16,811 nucleotides of DNA. It comes from a virus (lineage: Duplodnaviria; Heunggongvirae; Uroviricota; Caudoviricetes). A model generated the notes under the pieces. The model was not told the DNA's origin. It saw nothing but the letters and a program-made list of their open reading frames with translations, and searched no databases. Location: IMG/VR virus record IMGVR_UViG_2579778842_000004; one strand, 5' to 3'. The position numbers and the translations under genes were made by a program. Shown here piece by piece: positions 16,315 through 16,811 of the stretch (within the stretch, counting starts at the first letter, position 1; each line of letters begins with the position of its first letter).

Positions 16315-16811
16315 CTACCCCTTACCGTTGGCGGCAGCACGTAAGTGTCTCAAAATCACATCTTCATTTGTGATTGCTAACGGTGGAATTTCGTCTTTAT
16401 GAGCCACTATGCAATCCCGCCACTTCTCAGGGCTTATTTCTTTCTTTTTGCCACGGCATTCATCAGGATACTTTGACAAAAGATATATTGCTGATTTGAA
16501 AAGTTTTTCCCTGTTTTCAGCATGTCTCTCGGCATTATGGTTGCTATTTTTTATTTCAGGTATTAGTTCCTGTTCTACCGCCATTTCGTATCGTTTTTTG
16601 CTCTTAGCTGCGTCAAAACTTCCATTAACCTTTGCGTCGTGAAGATATTCTAAATCAGCCTTTGTTATATAAATGTTTTTATCTGACAGGCTACTCAGGT
16701 GAATCTGGGAACTTTGCATTTTGAATTTATATAGATCACAATCAAATGTTGCTTCAAGTCGCACATATGGCTCTCCACATTCTTGTGAATGATAATGTCG
16801 TGTTGTACTAC
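16315..16811 (-). CDS. Hypothetical AT-rich protein ('gene X'), 3' part; 5' end runs off the window end
   Basis: Frame is open from the window end to the stop at 16315. The last 54 codons (LSKYPDECRGKKKEISPEKWRDCIVAHKDEIPPLAITNEDVILRHLRAAANGKG) are unique; the rest duplicates 1-332 in the same frame. Confidence 0.6.
   Translation of the reverse strand, partial: STTRHYHSQECGEPYVRLEATFDCDLYKFKMQSSQIHLSSLSDKNIYITKADLEYLHDAKVNGSFDAAKSKKRYEMAVEQELIPEIKNSNHNAERHAENREKLFKSAIYLLSKYPDECRGKKKEISPEKWRDCIVAHKDEIPPLAITNEDVILRHLRAAANGKG
16480..16811. repeat. Terminal direct repeat, right copy (matches 1-332)
   Basis: See left copy; offset between copies is 16479 bp. Confidence 0.95.

Overview
The window reads as one complete unit of a P4-like integrative replicon (phage-satellite or genomic-island type), about 16.5 kb, enterobacterial-like in composition. 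Its first 332 bp are repeated at its last 332 bp (331/332 identical), so the unit is either circularly permuted, terminally redundant or tandemly repeated. Almost all genes lie on the minus strand: a P4-type tyrosine integrase, an AT-rich unknown gene that spans the window junction, an AlpA-family regulator, an AntA-like antirepressor, a run of small mostly acidic ORFs, and a 920-aa zinc-ribbon/TOPRIM/P-loop primase-helicase. Two inverted clusters of a 9-mer iteron (GTTGGTTCA/TGAACCAAC) bracket a 6-kb segment. That segment holds an operon of two large low-complexity proteins (463 and 671 aa) and, converging on it from the plus strand, a three-gene module: ribbon-helix-helix protein, small tail-anchored membrane protein and AT-rich 4-TM membrane protein. 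I consider that plus-strand module, the junction gene and the large-protein operon the best candidates for an undescribed accessory system. I recognised no tRNA, rRNA or CRISPR array and no known capsid-redirection genes. All functional calls rest on motifs read by eye; no homology search was possible.
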